NCBI GenBank assembly: GCA_963674945.2
Contig: CAXXWQ010000003.1
Span: forward strand, 992,001-1,056,000
Origin: an uncultured Desulfosarcina sp.
Lineage (GTDB): Bacteria; Desulfobacterota; Desulfobacteria; Desulfobacterales; Desulfosarcinaceae
DNA: 64,000 bases
Direction of reading: 5' to 3'
Positions within the stretch are counted from its first letter, which is position 1. Each line of letters starts with the position of its first letter. The notes below the pieces were generated by a model. It saw nothing but the letters and a program-made list of their open reading frames with translations. It had not been told where the DNA came from and did no database searches. The position numbers were made by a program, and so were the translations under genes. This document shows, in pieces, positions 37,846-47,326 of the stretch.

Positions 37846-39119
37846 TGAATGTCCACCTGGAGTCGATTGGCCAACCGCTCACACTGGTGTGCTGGATGGT
37901 CTTGGCCATGGGGCATGAAAAGCACATGCCCCAACAGCCATGAATCATAGTCGTCAGGCGGCATGGTGATCACGTGGCCGGGTTGACAAACCATATGCAG
38001 TTGTCTGACGTTTTTCTCATTTGCAAGCGCTTTGGTGTTGAAGCCTTTCAGTACGCCGCCGCGATGGGCGTGAAGACGAAAGCCGATCAAAGGTTCGTAG
38101 AAAACAGGGTCGCTTGGTCCACTGGATCGTTGTGCCGCCATATCGATGGTCAGCCCCAAGATGTCCAAGCCCGCGGCTTTTTCCAGAAGATACGGCAGGC
38201 AGTCGCCTCCCGGCCTGGGTGTCATCTCGATAAGCATCGGACGGCCGTTTTGGACGATGAAATCCACCATGCAAATACCGCTTTGAATCCCTATCACGGT
38301 GGCAGCCTTTTGCAGCAGGTCGGCCATGTGGCCTTCATGACCGGCCGGCGTGCGGCAGAGGGCATACGCCGACGCCGTGCCAAAGGGGCGACGATTCATC
38401 CTGATCTTGCGCGTCGTCCGCAAAATGGTGGCATTGGACCCGCTAACGACGAAGTCGCAACTGAATTCCGGGCCGCTGATCCACTGTTCGGCCAACATAC
38501 GATAGCCCCATGAGAAAAACGTCTCGAAAATCGGATTGTCTCTCCTTGCGGCCAGGCCGTCGTCGATCATTGCAAAGCCCGCTTCACATTCTGCCGGCGT
38601 TCGACACAGACAAACCAATTCACTGCCGCTGCCGCAAAATGGTTTGAGAACAACGCCTTCCGGGCACTTCTCCAGGAAGCGGATGATATCCCATTTCTCT
38701 TTGACCGGTCTTGCCATGGGGCAGGAAATACCGTTTTGATGCCAGATTTTTTTGGAAATATATTTGTCCCTGCTGATCCGGACGGCCTCTAATGAAGGGT
38801 ACGGCAGATGAAAATGGGCTGCCAAATTGGCGGCCGTTTCCATGGACTCGCAATCGAAACAGGCAATTCCGCAAATATCCATCCCCCACCTGGCCAGGTG
38901 GGCGTCGATGGCCAACGTTGCTCCGGTATCATCGGCCGGGTTCCAGAGAATCTCTTCACCGTTGGCCGGTGTCGGCTCCTTTGCGGCGCGGCGGACCATC
39001 GTATCGGTAAGAAAAATCACCTGCCGGGGACGGGCATTTCGGATCCGGTCGATATAATCCGAAGTAGTACCCACAACCAGGACCCGGTTGGTATTATGCG
39101 AAGGCGAAGGAGTGATCAT
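37842..39119 (-). CDS. ATP-grasp ligase (L-amino acid ligase-like)
   Basis: SRDK, VLKPFCGSGS, EQWISGPEFSCD and IEMTPRPGGD motifs; stop overlaps the next ATG. Confidence 0.9.
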   Translation of the reverse strand: MITPSPSHNTNRVLVVGTTSDYIDRIRNARPRQVIFLTDTMVRRAAKEPTPANGEEILWNPADDTGATLAIDAHLARWGMDICGIACFDCESMETAANLAAHFHLPYPSLEAVRISRDKYISKKIWHQNGISCPMARPVKEKWDIIRFLEKCPEGVVLKPFCGSGSELVCLCRTPAECEAGFAMIDDGLAARRDNPIFETFFSWGYRMLAEQWISGPEFSCDFVVSGSNATILRTTRKIRMNRRPFGTASAYALCRTPAGHEGHMADLLQKAATVIGIQSGICMVDFIVQNGRPMLIEMTPRPGGDCLPYLLEKAAGLDILGLTIDMAAQRSSGPSDPVFYEPLIGFRLHAHRGGVLKGFNTKALANEKNVRQLHMVCQPGHVITMPPDDYDSWLLGHVLFMPHGQDHPAHQCERLANRLQVDIQ

Positions 39120-40062
39120 GGAATTGTTGTGGCACGTAGGATGGCAAAGCGGCAGGTTGCCGGTTGAGCACATACAATGGTCTGGGCGTCAGACGAAAAC
39201 GCTGTTTCCAATTGAAATCTCCGCAAAGAAAGTCAACGGTATCAAAACGTTGCCGGCACGACCATTCCAGGTGGTGCATATTGAGAACCTTTGCAATGCC
39301 TGGAAATTGCGGACTGGTTCCGCCGGTCAGCAGGGTGTACGAACGGTTGAAGATCGCCCCCATATCGACGGCGGCAATTTCTCCCCCAATCAGGATCGTC
39401 GTGATCCGCAACATCTTCGCATCCCATAGGAAGGCGGCCAGCATTTCGAAGGATCGAAGAAACCGTTCATCGAAAAAGTAGGAATTCTCTTTGAATGCGT
39501 TCAGATTCAGTTGAAAAAGGGTCTCAAGGTCCGCCAGGTGATTGAACCGGAAAGAGAGTTTCAAGGCCTTCACGTTCTCAATATCACCAAGTAGCTTCTT
39601 CCTGGATTTCCCCGGAAAAACGCCTAGGAATTGATCCATGCGAAAACCATGACGCGGCGGATGAAAAAGGTAACCGGTCTCATCCGGATGGACATCATCG
39701 ATTTCGCCCATACGTTCAGACCAGTTTAAATAGCGCAGGTGAAGCGGCCCCGGAACCGATTGCAGCAGTGTATCTAACGCCTCGGGCGTTTTCGCGATCA
39801 GTCGATTCTGCTCCAACCACGTCTTGCCCTGCCAGGTATCTCCCGGGAACTGGACGTAATTTTCGGCATCTGAATTCCAGCAAAGAGGCAAGAAACCGCG
39901 GACGGCACCTCTGTTGACGGCCAGAAGAAAAAACAGCGGGCGGGCATAGAATCTGTGAAAACAATAGCGAACAGGCCAAAGATCAAACAAACCGATCGCC
40001 GGCCAGTATTTTTGCCACGCCACACGGCACTCGTCCGGATCGTTGATGACGATACTCTTCAT
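39094..40062 (-). CDS. GNAT-fold acyltransferase (Acetyltransf_6 / FemAB-like)
   Basis: KSRKKL helix, IAAVDMG, PGIAKVLN and VDFLCGDFNWK motifs. Confidence 0.82.
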   Translation of the reverse strand: MKSIVINDPDECRVAWQKYWPAIGLFDLWPVRYCFHRFYARPLFFLLAVNRGAVRGFLPLCWNSDAENYVQFPGDTWQGKTWLEQNRLIAKTPEALDTLLQSVPGPLHLRYLNWSERMGEIDDVHPDETGYLFHPPRHGFRMDQFLGVFPGKSRKKLLGDIENVKALKLSFRFNHLADLETLFQLNLNAFKENSYFFDERFLRSFEMLAAFLWDAKMLRITTILIGGEIAAVDMGAIFNRSYTLLTGGTSPQFPGIAKVLNMHHLEWSCRQRFDTVDFLCGDFNWKQRFRLTPRPLYVLNRQPAALPSYVPQQFHDHSFAFA

Positions 40063-40106
40063 CGTACCGGCCGAAAGCCTGCGGATCTTGCGTTTGTCCC
40101 CTTCAT
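40059..40106 (-). CDS. 15-aa upstream ORF MKGTNARSAGFRPVR
   Basis: GGAAAGGAAG RBS; TGA overlaps the GNAT ATG (ATGA). Confidence 0.45.
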   Translation of the reverse strand: MKGTNARSAGFRPVR

Positions 40107-40216
40107 TTATCTTCCTTTCCCAGGCGTTCTCCCAAATTGCCACCGTGTTCTCGGTGACACGAATTCGCCCTGGCGATTCGATCCGGTAATTCGGATTGCT
40201 GTAAGTCACCACTGGC

Positions 40217-40234
40217 TGGCAAAGCTTGTACCAA
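40217..40234 (-). promoter_or_regulatory. sigma-54 promoter of the GNAT-ATP-grasp operon
   Basis: Minus strand TTGGTACAAGCTTTGCCA gives GG-N10-GC; divergent bEBP adjacent. Confidence 0.72.
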
Positions 40235-40515
40235 AACGCCAATCGACCGAACAAAAAAATATCTACATTGATTACAATATGTTGACAAGTTATTACGTCA
40301 GTGGACAATCGTAATTACGGTATTATTTTACCGATAAAGTTATTATAGGTATTATGATACCGATCTAATATTGCATAGAGATGAGAATGGTTTGATTTTG
40401 AACCTATTTTCCATCCCATTCACCAAATAATATTGCTTTTTTTCAAATATATGCATAGTTATTGGCAGGTAATTTTAAAATGGTATAATATTTCCGATTT
40501 TGAAGAGAGTAGACC

Positions 40516-41946
40516 ATGCTGATTCGTTTGGCCTGTGCAATAAAGGAAAAGGCGGTCCGTTCAAAAATAGAAAGGAAGATGGCCGATCTGGACATCCAGC
40601 TCCGGGTGTTCAGGCCCAATCACTTCTCATGGCAGGCACTGGCGAGAAGCTGTTCGGACGTTTTTGTCGTCAGCAGTTCATTGATCCCCAGGCCAGTGGA
40701 ATCGAGTATCGCCTTGCTCAATGACCTGCCCGAAAATCCCGTTACGATCGTCCTCCATGACAACGAATCTTCGGAAGCCCATGCCAAGTTACTGGCCTCG
40801 GGCATCGATGTTGTCCTCTACACCGGCATTCCGGTCGAAAGCCTCATGGAAGCCATCGAGAGCACACTGGATTCACGCCGCCAATACTTTTACACGGACC
40901 GGTTCGATCGACGGGGAAGATTTCTTCCCCGACTCAATGATTTTGAATCCAACAGCAGGGCGATGCAGGCATTTTTGGAAGAAGCCCGGCAAATCGTCTC
41001 CAGCGACGCCAGCCTGCTGCTTCAGGGTGAAACCGGTGTTGGCAAGGAGCACCTGTCAAAAGCCATTCACGCCGAGAGTCACCGTTCTTCGGGACCGTTC
41101 ATCGCCATCAATATGGCCGCCATTCCGGAGCAACTCATGGAAAGTGAATTGTTCGGCCATGAACAGGGCGCTTTCACCGGCGCCATGCGTTCCCGGCGCG
41201 GTGCCTTCGAATTGGCCCACGGCGGGACAATATTCCTGGACGAAATCGGGGAGATGCCGCTGCAGATGCAGATCAAATTATTGCGGGTACTCCAGGAACT
41301 GGAGTTCACTCCGATCGGTGCGGAAAAACCGGTCTGGGTCGACATCCGGGTGATTGCAGCAACCAATAAGGACCTGGAAGCGGAAATCGAGAAGGGAAAC
41401 TTCAGAAAGGATCTTTACTATCGGCTGGGCGTAATTACGCTCACCCTCCCCCCCTTACGACATCGGAAAGAGGATATTTCCAATCTGGCCAACCATTTTC
41501 TGACCATGCACAACCAAAAAATCGGAAGAATGATCAAGCAATTCTCCCAGGAGGCGATGGATGCCCTGATCGCCTACCACTGGCCCGGGAATATTCGAGA
41601 ACTGATGAATGTAATCGAACGTGCCGTTTTGTTGTGTAAATCAGATACGATCTCAATGGATGATCTTCCCAACGCGTTTCATCGGCAACTGCCGATGGAT
41701 GCTACCCTGCCGTGCGCATCAATTCCCCTTACCCCGGAATCTTGGGATGGAAAGACGCTCCCCCAGGTCCGCAGCGCGATGATCGCTTGGTTGGAAAAAC
41801 AATACCTAACGATGGTATTGAGAAAAACCGGTGGAAAAATCGCAGAAACCGCTGCAATCGCCGGCATCCACCCAAGAGGCCTTTATGCGAAAATGCGGCA
41901 AATCGGACTCGACAAAGCCGATTTCAAATCCAACCGACCGTCATAG
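40516..41946 (+). CDS. sigma-54-dependent activator with degenerate receiver-like N-terminus
   Basis: GETGVGKE, ESELFGH, GAFTGA, FLDEIG and WPGNIREL motifs; C-terminal HTH. Confidence 0.93.
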   Translation: MLIRLACAIKEKAVRSKIERKMADLDIQLRVFRPNHFSWQALARSCSDVFVVSSSLIPRPVESSIALLNDLPENPVTIVLHDNESSEAHAKLLASGIDVVLYTGIPVESLMEAIESTLDSRRQYFYTDRFDRRGRFLPRLNDFESNSRAMQAFLEEARQIVSSDASLLLQGETGVGKEHLSKAIHAESHRSSGPFIAINMAAIPEQLMESELFGHEQGAFTGAMRSRRGAFELAHGGTIFLDEIGEMPLQMQIKLLRVLQELEFTPIGAEKPVWVDIRVIAATNKDLEAEIEKGNFRKDLYYRLGVITLTLPPLRHRKEDISNLANHFLTMHNQKIGRMIKQFSQEAMDALIAYHWPGNIRELMNVIERAVLLCKSDTISMDDLPNAFHRQLPMDATLPCASIPLTPESWDGKTLPQVRSAMIAWLEKQYLTMVLRKTGGKIAETAAIAGIHPRGLYAKMRQIGLDKADFKSNRPS

Positions 41947-41971
41947 TATTATCTATCCGTTTAATAGAAAC

Positions 41972-42036
41972 GATGGAGCGAAGCGATCGCATCATTCGAC
42001 GTTGGACGTTCGATGTTCAATGTTCGACGTTTAAAA
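41972..42036. repeat. Heptamer-arm repeat element, right half
   Basis: 61 of 65 nt identical to 57727-57791. Confidence 0.85.
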
Positions 42037-42037
42037 A

Positions 42038-42583
42038 TTAACTAGTGGCAACAAGGCGCTCCCCTTCCCTCAGTGCCTTGACATTCAATTCCCGCATCCG
42101 TCCGCGGTACCGTTCTTCGATAAGACGATCCAAACTCTCAAGTTTGACAATCCCCGTATGTTTGGAGATGGCACCGAGGGCGATGATGTTGGCCACGCCC
42201 ACATTGCCCAGTTCGCGCGCCCTTTGGACAAATGGATATCCAAAAAGTCCTTTTCTCTTTTCCGCCGTCACCAAGTCAGAATCATAAAAAAGTCGGGTTG
42301 CCGGCGTTACGACCCCATGAATCTTCTCCAAGGATACTTGCGTCAAAACCAGGGCCACATCCGCCTGCAAGACCTGTTGAAAGAGAATCTCCGAATCATC
42401 GACGATGACCTCGGCCATGGAGAAACCACCCCTGGAGGCGATACCGTAGGAGGCCGTCTGGACCACATTCTTCTTCTCCAACATGGCCGCATTGGCAAGC
42501 AGGATACCGGAAACAACCAGGCCCTGGCCACCGGAACCGGCCAGGACCACCTCATATCGATGTTTTTCCATCTTATGGTTCAT
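42038..42583 (-). CDS. korC: 2-oxoacid:ferredoxin oxidoreductase gamma subunit
   Basis: AGSGGQG, SYGIASRGG and NIIALGA motifs. Confidence 0.9.
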   Translation of the reverse strand: MNHKMEKHRYEVVLAGSGGQGLVVSGILLANAAMLEKKNVVQTASYGIASRGGFSMAEVIVDDSEILFQQVLQADVALVLTQVSLEKIHGVVTPATRLFYDSDLVTAEKRKGLFGYPFVQRARELGNVGVANIIALGAISKHTGIVKLESLDRLIEERYRGRMRELNVKALREGERLVATS

Positions 42584-43416
42584 CCTTTTCCATCCGAGCT
42601 CGAATCCATGGCCTTTTGCCGTATCTTCTCATACCGGGAGTGAAAGTCCGTTTCATCACGGTCCACCAGGGTGCCGAAGGGGAAAAAACCTTTGGCGATT
42701 TCTTCTTTTCGGCCTTCAAACGCCTTTACGGGGATTGCCATTTTCTTAAGCCACCGAAGCATTTCAGGAGCGGATCTCATATCGTTCGCACGACCGAAAT
42801 GGGTGGGGCAGGGGCTGATCACCTCGACAACGGAAAAACCTCTTTTGTCCAACGCTCGCCGGATGCTCTTTTCCAGCTCCCGCACGTGATAGACCGTGGC
42901 ACGCGCCACATAATTGGCACCGGCCACATCGGCCAGAGCGCAGATGTCCAATCCTCGCTCGGGATTGCCGTGCCGACTGGTCTGGGTGATCATGTCCGAA
43001 GGGGTGGTTCCCGAAACCTGGCCGCCGGTCATGCCGTAATTGAAGTTATTGACGACAATGGCCGTAAGATCCATGTTTCTCCTCGCCGCATGGAGAAAAT
43101 GGTTGCCGCCGATGGTGACCCCGTCCCCGTCTCCCATCAGCGCCACCACATGAAGGTTTGGCTTGTACGCCTTGATACCGGTGGCAAAGCAAAGCGCCCG
43201 TCCGTGGGTCGTGTGGAGCGCGTTGGTCAAGAGGTAATCGTCGGTCTTTCCCGTGCAGCCGATACCGGTGACGACAACCGTATCCTTGACCGCGTACCCG
43301 AGGGATTCAAATGATCGAAGCATCGCACCCAAGGCAACGCCGATACCGCACCCCGCACACCACATATGCGGCAATGCTTCTTGTTTGAGATACTTCATTC
43401 CCCGTGGGTAGCCCAT
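42580..43416 (-). CDS. korB: 2-oxoacid:ferredoxin oxidoreductase beta subunit
   Basis: WCAGCG, GIGC, HGRA, GDGD, NYGMTGGQ and SPCPT motifs. Confidence 0.93.
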   Translation of the reverse strand: MGYPRGMKYLKQEALPHMWCAGCGIGVALGAMLRSFESLGYAVKDTVVVTGIGCTGKTDDYLLTNALHTTHGRALCFATGIKAYKPNLHVVALMGDGDGVTIGGNHFLHAARRNMDLTAIVVNNFNYGMTGGQVSGTTPSDMITQTSRHGNPERGLDICALADVAGANYVARATVYHVRELEKSIRRALDKRGFSVVEVISPCPTHFGRANDMRSAPEMLRWLKKMAIPVKAFEGRKEEIAKGFFPFGTLVDRDETDFHSRYEKIRQKAMDSSSDGKG

Positions 43417-43480
43417 TACCTCCCCCCTTATTTCTCGTTAGTGTCTGTCCAGGAATAGGCCATTTTTGGATGTGCACTCG

Positions 43481-44623
43481 TCACGCTTTCGGTGCGTCGA
43501 TGACGTCCAATATATCTTGGGGCGAGATGATCTGCCCGTTGCAGACATTCACCCGCCGGATATCCGCCGTCGGACCGAGAACTTTGCGTACTTCACCGGC
43601 CATCTGACCTTCGTAGTTCATCTCCGGCACGACCACCATCGTTGCCTTTCGCCCATATTCCAAAACCGCACTTTCCGCAAAGGGCCATAGGGTAATCAAC
43701 TGCAATACACCAGTCTTGACCCCCTTCTTTCGAAGTACCATGGCCGCCGCACGACTGGCCCTGGTCGTGATACCATAGGCGATCAGCAGAATCTCTGCGT
43801 CTTTCGCATGGAAAGCCTTGGTAATCACGATCTCGTCAAGATGGCGTTGAATCTTTCTGTGCAGTTGCGACACCCGCCATTTCGCGTTGTCCGGATCGTT
43901 GTTGCTGTATCCATCCATACCGTGCATGGAACTGGAGACGTGGAACACACAATCGTCGCCATAGGCGGCAAGAGGTGCGATGCCGTCTTCGTCCGGAGCG
44001 AAGGGCCGATATGCTTCCGGTCGGCAACCGGCCGGCTTTTTACGATTCACCACCTCGATGGCCCCCGGCGGCGGAATCACGATGTTTTCACGCATATGCG
44101 CCACCACCTCGTCCGGTGCCACCACCACCGGCACCCTGTATTTCTCCGCAAAGTTAAAGGCCGTCACCGCCACCGAGAAACACTGCTCCACCGTTGCCGG
44201 ACAAAGGGCGATCAGACACTGGTCCCCATGGCGGCCCCAGCGCAGTTGCATCACATCGGACTGGGCCGGTTTCGTCGCCAGCCCCGTGCTCGGCCCGCTG
44301 CGCTGAACATTGACCACCACGCAGGGGACCTCTGTCATGATGGCCATCCCCAGATTCTCCTGCATGAGGGAAAATCCCGGGCCGCTGGTGGCCGTAAATG
44401 CCTTGGCACCGGCCAAAGAGGCCCCCACGATGGCGCCCATGCTGGCGATCTCATCTTCCATCTGCATGAACATGCCACCGATGCGGGGCAATCTTTTGGA
44501 ACAGACGGTGGCGATCTCCGAAGAGGGCGTGATGGGGTATCCGGCAAAAAAACGTGCGCCAGCGTAAAAAGCGCCTTCGGCAATGGCCTCGTTTCCCTGC
44601 AGCAATGTTGGTCGAGGTTCCAT
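43481..44623 (-). CDS. korA: 2-oxoacid:ferredoxin oxidoreductase alpha subunit
   Basis: GYPITPSSE, QMEDEI, TATSGPG and QRSGPSTG motifs. Confidence 0.93.
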   Translation of the reverse strand: MEPRPTLLQGNEAIAEGAFYAGARFFAGYPITPSSEIATVCSKRLPRIGGMFMQMEDEIASMGAIVGASLAGAKAFTATSGPGFSLMQENLGMAIMTEVPCVVVNVQRSGPSTGLATKPAQSDVMQLRWGRHGDQCLIALCPATVEQCFSVAVTAFNFAEKYRVPVVVAPDEVVAHMRENIVIPPPGAIEVVNRKKPAGCRPEAYRPFAPDEDGIAPLAAYGDDCVFHVSSSMHGMDGYSNNDPDNAKWRVSQLHRKIQRHLDEIVITKAFHAKDAEILLIAYGITTRASRAAAMVLRKKGVKTGVLQLITLWPFAESAVLEYGRKATMVVVPEMNYEGQMAGEVRKVLGPTADIRRVNVCNGQIISPQDILDVIDAPKA

Positions 44624-45374
44624 TTTGGTTTCCTTTCAATTTGCCAAAGGGGTCGGTCAACCACATGCCTGCGTTACGACCCTGCTACGATTCCATCCAT
44701 ATTTTAACGGCCCTTAGGCCATTGATCCACTATAACGCCTGGAAGGATAATTTTGCCACCTTTTCTAAAGCGCGGCAATAAGAGTCTGCGCCCAAAATTG
44801 CGAAAAGTCCCGCGCGGATTGGCTTAACAGGGTCAAACATTATTTGATTTAATTTGACCATTCTATGTAGGCAACGCACTCCCCGTAGCTACTGAACATT
44901 GAATATTGGTCCGGGTGGCCGTTGTAAGTTGTTATCACAAGTTTTATTGGCACCTGTGGCATTCATATACCCTATACTAATTGCAACTTTTGGTAAACTT
45001 GTGATGACTCAGCCGTGTATCTGGCGTCCGGGCCAATTGAAGATACGATTTTTTAATCTGCAGAATGGAATAAAAATAGAGCGAAAGGAATTCGATGTGT
45101 ACGAAAAAATCAATTTTTGAGATTCGGTTCAGATTATTTTTATAATCTGTACCTCGGGGAATAATGGCGGACCACAAGATATGGTATGGGTAATTGTCGC
45201 CTTGAAATCAAGAAATCTGGCGAAAGCGTAATTCCAAATAGCGAACCAGATTTTTCAATGGTTCTATTCTCGGCTGGCCAACTATAACTTTTCATGAGAA
45301 ATACAGAAAATATTCCTGGGTTGAAACCAGTGGTCCCCCGAAATGAGCACTATTGGCAATAGTGCTTGGCCGAT

Positions 45375-45630
45375 ATCCTAAGCATGCCTGCAGTTTTTGC
45401 TGTTTCGCGATATTGTCCATATAACACAATTGAAAGCTCCAACTGTGTGACCCAACCTTTTGACAAATATATTGCCCTTTAGTTGGTAAGATTGTTTACT
45501 TCTGATGGGTGAATTTGGGCCAAAATTGATCCATTGACGGAATATCCAGAGGCTTCCTGGTCGGGAGCGCTGACAATTCGAACGATCCCTTGGGAAACGA
45601 GCTTACGCGAGATGGCCCTTACAACGGGAG
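45375..45630 (-). pseudogene. Frameshifted Lrp/AsnC regulator remnant
   Basis: RKLVSQGIVRIVSAPDQEASGYSVNGSILAQIHP.. / KGNIFVKRLGHTVGAFNCVIW parallels both domains of the 48333-49262 protein. Confidence 0.55.
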
Positions 45631-45633
45631 GAT

Positions 45634-47289
45634 TTACTTTTTCTCGGCAAGATGATTCATGGCCACATACCCGAAGGTACAGGATGGACCTAAGGTGGAT
45701 CCCGGCCCCGGATAAGTCTGCCCCATAACGGAAGCTGAATTGTTACCAGTACAATACAGTCCCTCGATCACCGAGCCATCTTCGCGCAATACCCGGGCAT
45801 GTTCATCGGTAAGCAAACCACCCTTGGTTCCCAAATCTCCCGGATAAAACCTGATTGCGTAAAAAGGCCCATTTTCAAAGGGAGCGAGATTGGCGTTGGG
45901 TAGAACCCGGGGATCGCCATAGTACCGGTCGTATATATCATTGCCCCGTTTAAAATCATCATCGAGGCCCTGTTTCGCAAAGCTATTGAATCTCTTGACG
46001 GTCTTAACCAGATTTTCTTCATTGATGTTGCATTTATTGGCAAGTTCTTCAATCGTGTCGGCCTTCACAATGGTGCCGTCTTTTATGTATTTTTTCGGTG
46101 TTAGACCTGGCATCATCATTCCGAACATGTACTTGCGGCGATGTTGTTTACTTATGATCAGCCATGAAGGAATTGCACCACCAACTTTCGCTTCTCGGTC
46201 CAGTATAGCACGGCCAAAATCAACATAAGAAGTGGATTCATTGACGTAACGTTCACCTGAGTGGTCAACCAGTATAGTACCAGGAAACGAACGGTCATTA
46301 ACTGAAAACATGACTTTCCCATCCATGATGTAAGAACCGCCCCACCAGGCTTCGTCCATCAAGGCCATTGCGCATCCGATCTTCTCACCGATCTGATGGA
46401 TATCGCCGGTATTTCCGGGGCTGGCGGACGTCCAGTCGGCTCCGACAGGCTGATGCTTGCGCCTGTATTCATCGCCCTTAGCGAAACCGCCGGCCGCCAG
46501 CAGGATGCCCTTTTGGGCCTGAACGTTTACCAGTTTTCCTTCCTTTTCAATTACGAGGCCGACGGCGCGACCGTCTTGTATAATGATATCTTTCATGGGA
46601 CATTCTAACCATACCGGGGTCTTGTAATTGGATTGCAGAATATACATCAGCTGCCCAACCAGACTCCTTCCGATGCCAAGGGGATACCTTCCGGTTAAGG
46701 TCCAGCCAATGGCGATTCCCAGTATCTTCATGGCGGTCGTAAAACCTTTCCAGGTTTGGAAAACAAGGGGCAACAGATATGCATTGGCTGATTTGACCGG
46801 AACATTCGGCGCACTCGGCACGCCATTAATCGTTTTTAATAGCTTGCCGAGTTTTTTTCCGTTAAAAATCTCACCTTCGATACATCGGCCAACCTTACCG
46901 CCAGGTTTTTCCGGATAATAATCCGGATAGAATTCGGCCCGCACCCATTCAAAGCCGAAGTCCCGTAACATCTCAACCATCACCGGAGCATTTTTAACAT
47001 AGGCCTCTTTTCTTTCTCTGGAACTGGCCGGTCCGACATCATGGATAACCGCCTCCATGTATTTCAGAGCTTCTTCTTCCGAATCCAGAAGTCCCGCTTC
47101 TCGCATCAAAAAGTTGTTGGGTATCCATAGTCCGCCGCCGGAATATGCACTGGAACCACCCCACTTATCCATCTTTTCAGTCACGAGGGTTTTCATACCG
47201 TTTTTTCCAGCGGTAATTGCACCGGTAAGAGCCCCCGCACCACTTCCCACTACAATAACATCGTAGGTTGAATGCCAGTTATTGCTCAT
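45634..47289 (-). CDS. kstD: 3-ketosteroid-delta1-dehydrogenase-like flavoprotein
   Basis: GSGAG, GGSSAYSGGGLWIPNN, YPDY, NESTSY, GTKGGL and YPGPG motifs; GAGGAG RBS. Confidence 0.8.
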   Translation of the reverse strand: MSNNWHSTYDVIVVGSGAGALTGAITAGKNGMKTLVTEKMDKWGGSSAYSGGGLWIPNNFLMREAGLLDSEEEALKYMEAVIHDVGPASSRERKEAYVKNAPVMVEMLRDFGFEWVRAEFYPDYYPEKPGGKVGRCIEGEIFNGKKLGKLLKTINGVPSAPNVPVKSANAYLLPLVFQTWKGFTTAMKILGIAIGWTLTGRYPLGIGRSLVGQLMYILQSNYKTPVWLECPMKDIIIQDGRAVGLVIEKEGKLVNVQAQKGILLAAGGFAKGDEYRRKHQPVGADWTSASPGNTGDIHQIGEKIGCAMALMDEAWWGGSYIMDGKVMFSVNDRSFPGTILVDHSGERYVNESTSYVDFGRAILDREAKVGGAIPSWLIISKQHRRKYMFGMMMPGLTPKKYIKDGTIVKADTIEELANKCNINEENLVKTVKRFNSFAKQGLDDDFKRGNDIYDRYYGDPRVLPNANLAPFENGPFYAIRFYPGDLGTKGGLLTDEHARVLREDGSVIEGLYCTGNNSASVMGQTYPGPGSTLGPSCTFGYVAMNHLAEKK

Positions 47290-47326
47290 ATTTTTATGTC
47301 TCCTCATATTCATTTTAACGGGTTGA

